Assembly: GCF_009914755.1 (NCBI RefSeq)
Contig: NC_060925.1
Strand: one strand, 5' to 3'
Source: the human T2T-CHM13v2.0 reference genome, Homo sapiens
Length of the DNA: 64,000 bases
The translations under genes and the position numbers were made by a program. Below are positions 57,089 through 64,000 of this stretch, one piece after another; position 1 is the first letter of the stretch; the number at the start of each line of letters is the position of its first letter. The notes beneath the pieces are model-generated. The model had not been told where the DNA came from. It saw only the letters and a list, made by a program, of their open reading frames with translations, and made no database searches.

Positions 57089-60000
57089 CCTTAGGATTTA
57101 GAATTTTCTTAAGAACACTGAATGACCCTTGCCCAGGATCGTATCTGTGCTGTGTCTGAAGTCTTAGACTCCCTCCTGGCCTAAAGAATTTTCCTTCAAT
57201 GCAATGAAAAATGATAATCCCACAAACTAGAAACCAAGACTTGTGCAAAATCAAAACATTGCAAAGGTGGGTGTGGGGAAATCAAGCTATTATCTTTAGG
57301 TATATTCTATTCCTAGGTGTTTAAAACACTAATATTAAAAAGTGATATGGAGCTTCACCTACCCTCTGGCAATTTGCAGTTATTGTCCTTTGATCATGTA
57401 AAGCAACTGAGATCATTTGCTCCTGACTTCACTTCACTAATCTATATCCTTCATTTTTTGCTCCAAGTGTTCCTTCTTCTGAGTGCCTAGTGCTGCTCCA
57501 GTACCTAGATATCTCTCTCTCCCCCTCTCTTTCTGTCTCAATATCCAATCAATCCCAAGCTGTATTACCTCTTTACCAACTTTGGGAAAGTGGACCAGTA
57601 TCCAGGCTTGGATAAGCCAAGGAAAAATACTAAGGAACTGCTTAAAGCTCTAGTAGTTCTTCTACTTTGCTGTTTCTGGCTTTGGCCATCTAAAGCAAAG
57701 TTCCTTGGATTGGTTGACAGTGAGATAGTCTCTAGATTCTTGTGTCTCTTTTTAGTAGGGCCACCTAAGATGTATCATCCATTGTGTAATGAGTTCTTGA
57801 CCAAAGAAAAGAAATCTTAAGGTCTTCCGACTCTGTCATCTTTCTTGTTTGCCACTCTTTGGACTGTAATTTGAAGAGAAAAAACCTTGTTTTCTTGTGA
57901 AAATTTTGGATGCTGAGTAGTTGACAACAACAGTAACTTCAGCTAGAAAATGCTGGAAACAATTTAATACGCAGAAATGATTAACTCCGAAATCATCAAC
58001 ATGACTCCACCAGCCCCATTTTTAAATTTCTATTTAAACATTTCCCAAATTATTTGCACATTCTTCTTTTGGCTGTAAGTCTTGTTTTTCTCTATGCTAG
58101 CTAATAGTTTTCTAGATAATTTCTATTCCCTTGACTTGTTCTTATGTTAAATCCTCAAAATTAAGAGCTTTCAACTCAAAAATCAGAAATAGGAAAGAAG
58201 TGTTTAATGAAATGATTTCACTTTTTTCTGAAAGTATTGACATGAAGTATTAAAAGCATCATCTGATAGAAAAAGAAGGTACTTGCCAAATGTTATATCG
58301 GCCTTTATAGAGCACTAGTAACAGACACTATAAAGTCTTTTGTTTCCTAATTTATTATTTTCCTAATGGGCCACATAGCAGACACTGAAGGTTCTACGTA
58401 ACAAAGGTCCTACAAGTAAATTGTGAAAATCCCTTATTGGATGGTGTTTTTAGAATACAGAAGGTCCTATTTCCTTAATGCAAGATGCTTAGGGAAGTCA
58501 CTCTCAAGTCACTAGAAATCTATTAAAGCACCACTTGCTGGAAAATGGAATGTGCTCTGGAAGTACAATGGTGCTCTTGCTAGCGCCTTCCTAACCATAA
58601 CAATAATAAGAACACTGATCAAATATTTACCATGTTCCAGCCACTGTACTAAGTGCTTTGGGTACATTACCTCATTTAATCTTCATATCAAGCCTAGAAG
58701 GTAGTTTCCATTATTTTTTCCACCTTACAGGGGAATAACTTGAGGATCAATTTGCTGTAAGGAAGTTTATTTATCACAACAAGTAAAGAAAGTTTTCCAA
58801 GGTCATACAGTCCTTACGTGGGGAAGCTATACTCAAAGCTGATGTTCATCGCCACTACAGGCTAGTGCCTTCTCAGCAAGAACTACTCTTACAGTGCTAA
58901 GAGGAGAAATGGGCAAGGTGGTAAGAGCCAGAATATCTGTTGTTGATATTACAGATACAGCTCTGAACTTAAGACCCTAAAAATGATCTCCAACCTCAGT
59001 TGCCTCTGAGAGCCTTCAGCATGATATGTGATCATGTGAGAGCCACGTTATGTGTATTCTTTTTACCACCTCTTCTGTATTCATCTGGAGATAGTTCTCT
59101 TTTCTGTTTTTTCTAGAGGAAAAAAACAACGACAAAAAAACAGGGAGATCTTAGCAGAACCAAAGCAGATTAGATATTAGCCTTGAAAATGGTGACAGCA
59201 ATCAGTGATATTGAACCTGAAATAATTTAAATAATTATCGGGGACTTACCAGAGCTAAGTTCGTGGACCACTGGGATTTCTCTTATTTGGGTCTCATAGT
59301 CTTCCATAAAGTGATGGGACTATAATTGTCCATCTTCAAGTATCCTTCTATGACTCATGTATAATCCCTTGACTCTTTTAGGAGATTCCTGGCAGTTAAT
59401 GTCAATACTGCCCTTCATAATGCTTCTGAGTTAGCTTAGGTAAGGTCCTTAAATACCCAATGACTTATACTCTGAGGCTTCTAAACTGGTATGTGGAACT
59501 CGGTGGTTGCAACTTCACCCAAATCCTCATTCTGTGTTGTGCTGTCCCTAATTTAGAGGGCAAAAGATTTCAAACTCAATCATTTCTTGTTAAATTCAAC
59601 TCTTGGAGCTCCACCTGTCATAAACACAATCGCATTTCCCATGTACTCAATTACTTCTGTTTCTCGAATCCATCATTCATCCCATAGATATTGAGTGCCT
59701 AATGTATTCCAGATATAGTTCTACATAATAAGGATAGAGCAGTGTATGAAACAAAGCACCTACCTTCATAGGACTTATTCTGAGGAGGTAGGAGGGGAGA
59801 CAAATGATATAATAACTTAGACTATATCTGAGTAATACAACAAATAAGTCTTTAAAAACAGTGGCTTGAATAAGATACAAGTTTATTTATCTTTCATGTA
59901 ACAGTCCAGGGCTAACAGAGCAGTTCTGCCATCCTCATCACAGGGCTTCTGCCTCTGGGTCCAAAGTAGTTGCCCCAATTCCTGCCATCACATCTGCACC

Positions 60001-60307
60001 CCAGCCAGTGGAGAGGGTAAGAGGGCAAGGGTAACACATACATATTCTTTTTTAGGGCACAAACTAGAAATAATACATGCAACTTCCATTCACATCTCAT
60101 TGGCCCCAAACTTTGGACAAACCCAGATGCAAGAGAAGCTGGTAAATTAGCCTTTAATTGAGAAGCCAAGCGCCCAGAAAGCAGGGAGTTAGAGTATACA
60201 AGGAAAGATCATTTTTATGGATATCAGTCTCATTCAGAAATAAACAAATAAATAAATACATTAGTATTCAGATGGTATATGGAGAAAAATTAAGAAAATT
60301 ATGAGAG

Positions 60308-61190
<883 letters not shown>

Positions 61191-61210
61191 CTTATTCACT
61201 CACCACTCTA

Positions 61211-61871
<661 letters not shown>

Positions 61872-64000
61872 TCAAGCTAGGACCATGGTGAACAATGCTC
61901 CAAGAGTGTTCTGATGCTGTAAACTGAGTGTGATGTGCATAAATTGTTTTGCACTCTGCAGGTAGGAGGGTGGGATAGCCAAAGCTGTTCAATATAATAA
62001 TATTAAAAAATAAAATCTCAATTGAAGTAAAATACAAATTTTCTTAAGCAATATTTTAAAGTAAATGGAAATGTTACAACCTGGATGAGGGGTGAGGAAT
62101 TAATAACCTCTAATCACAGAATAAAAATGGAATGAGAATTCCATCTACCCAAATCAGACAATTAAAAAGTCGAAAGAGGTTACAGTAAAAATTGGGTAAA
62201 ACTAAAACTTAAAAAATAATTTCAGAGGATACATGATATACTCGTCACACAGAAAACTCCAGTTGAACCTTATGGACTTGAGGAATGGATACCTTTGTTT
62301 CTCCATCACTTAGCACAGTAGCTGGCACCATGTAAGTTCTCACAGAATTTTCCTGAACTCTCCAACCAGAGGCAACCTTTCACTCTCCATTCACATAACA
62401 TTTCCTTCTTTCTCTTCTTTTGGGAATAACGTATCTTGCTTGAATTATATTTATCTTTATGCCAGTTTAATTCTCTCTTTTAGATTCATTTACATCTTTG
62501 TATCCTCTAGCTCATTATTTTTTCAAAATAAAATGGATTAACATAAACAATTATTAAAGAGATAAACTAAAGGAAAATATTACAACCTGGCTGAGGGGCA
62601 AAAATTATATGTTCAACATATATTTGATAACACATACTGAGAAAACACGGTCTACTTTTACTTTTCAGAAGTTTGTTCATGTTGACATTGTGGGGCCTAG
62701 AAGATTTTTATCAAGTTTTCTATTTTTGCCAAGTCATATGATCTGCTATAGTTCAGCTATAGTTAACCAAATGTAGAAAAGAAAAAAATTTTCCATAATA
62801 TCTAGTAATTCTCCAAAACAAGCTTGTTCCTTGTTATAAACACTGACATTCTTTGATAACTCTCACTTTATCCCACAGAGGTCATGTACTTATTTCCCAT
62901 CTGTTGTCCTATGCTTACATTCCAAATTCAGTTGCATTGACTTTTAGAACAGCTTTAGGAACTGCACCCAGTTTTAAAATACATTATTTGTCTAAAAATT
63001 ATGACATGAGATTAAACTGTCATCTTTGTAGGTTTCTACACATACTCCAACTCATTCACCAATCCTTGAAAAGATTATGTAACCAATCTCAATGCCCTGA
63101 CCCAGGCCAAGCCCATTTCTACATGTGCAGTGTTCTCTGGATCTGATATTTAAAGCCCCTTATCCTGATACTACACACCTTTTGTCTTCTGGAATGCACC
63201 TCTCTTCTCATCCTTTTTCAAGGCACTAGAAAAGCAGACCATTTCTGCAGCACCTCAAACCAGGGTGAGAAAGCTCCACTCTAATCTCATCATTTTAGCT
63301 ACATAGATACATCGGCTCAAGGGAAGATGCCAAGTGTAGTACTTTACCACTCTGAGGATTTTTGAATCTATAACAGTTGTTTCAACTGGGCCAATAATTA
63401 TGAAGGGCAATAATTAAAAAGAGTATCCATAGTAAAGGAGTAAGAAAAAAAGTTAGAAAAAAAGTAGAGAAAAATATTTACTAGAGTATTTACTAGAACC
63501 CACCACTCTCAGATCAATTTTCTAGTGTTCTGTTGACTGGCAACCAGTCAACAAACTTTCATTGAGAAGCTATTTTATAGTAGGCATTGGGATAGCCTTT
63601 GTGGAATAAATACCGAGAAGCATATGTCTCTAGCAGAAGACAGACAAGAAAATGTAAAAACAAGAAAAAGAAATTGAGGAATAAGCCTACAGTTTACAAA
63701 GCTACACAATTATTCGTTATGCAAGGAATGAGGACTTAAGAGAAAGACTTCCCTGTGAACTACAATGAGATGAAAAAGCTTCTCAGAGTGAGATTTGAGC
63801 AAGAGTTTAAAAGAACTGACAGACTGATAAAAAGCTTCAAGTAGTCCAGAGGACTGAGTACTAAAACTCAGAACAATGTAACAAAAGCACAGAAGACAAA
63901 GTTAAGATGCTTTACATGACAGTAGAACATTTAGGCTAAGCTGGAGGACTGGGGAGAACAAGTGAAGAAGGTAAGTTTTGGCTAGATAATAGGTGGCCTT

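Noticed and set aside
59399-59445. Signal-peptide-like MSILPFIMLLS* followed by a GTAAGG donor, as a possible dead Fc-receptor exon 1
   Set aside because: In-frame stop, wrong phase compared with FCGR1 S1, and no downstream Ig exon found.

Overview
Human (primate) genomic DNA, almost certainly from the 1q21 segmental duplication that carries the FCGR1 paralogues. The main gene is a six-exon FCGR1 (CD64) copy on the + strand (ATG 36824, stop 45600). Its EC3 exon has a 1-nt deletion and a second nonsense codon, which identifies it as the FCGR1C pseudogene (FCGR1CP). Its IFN-gamma response region and PU.1 box are intact, and skipping EC3 restores a 280-aa ORF. The window also contains two decayed tRNA genes (Glu-CTC, Gly), a UBE2D4-like processed pseudogene split by a solo LTR, two CpG islands, a full-length THE1 MaLR element, a nest of ERV1 LTRs, and many Alu (including human-specific Ya5 and Yb8), L1, L2 and MIR copies. 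The most interesting observations are four. (1) A RHIM-like (IQIG) coding remnant, together with a chain of minus-strand exon-like blocks in unique DNA at about 4.7-17 kb, may be an extinct RHIM-protein gene. (2) A MER41B LTR with two perfect tandem STAT1 GAS sites lies about 7 kb upstream of the IFN-gamma-inducible FCGR1 promoter. (3) An antisense exon in FCGR1 intron 2 encodes the LIGPILWK tail of a spliced histone H2B isoform. (4) An LTR30 appears APOBEC3-hypermutated, and there is a 38-bp near-perfect hairpin. Repeat family names and reference protein comparisons come from memory and need confirmation with RepeatMasker/BLAST.
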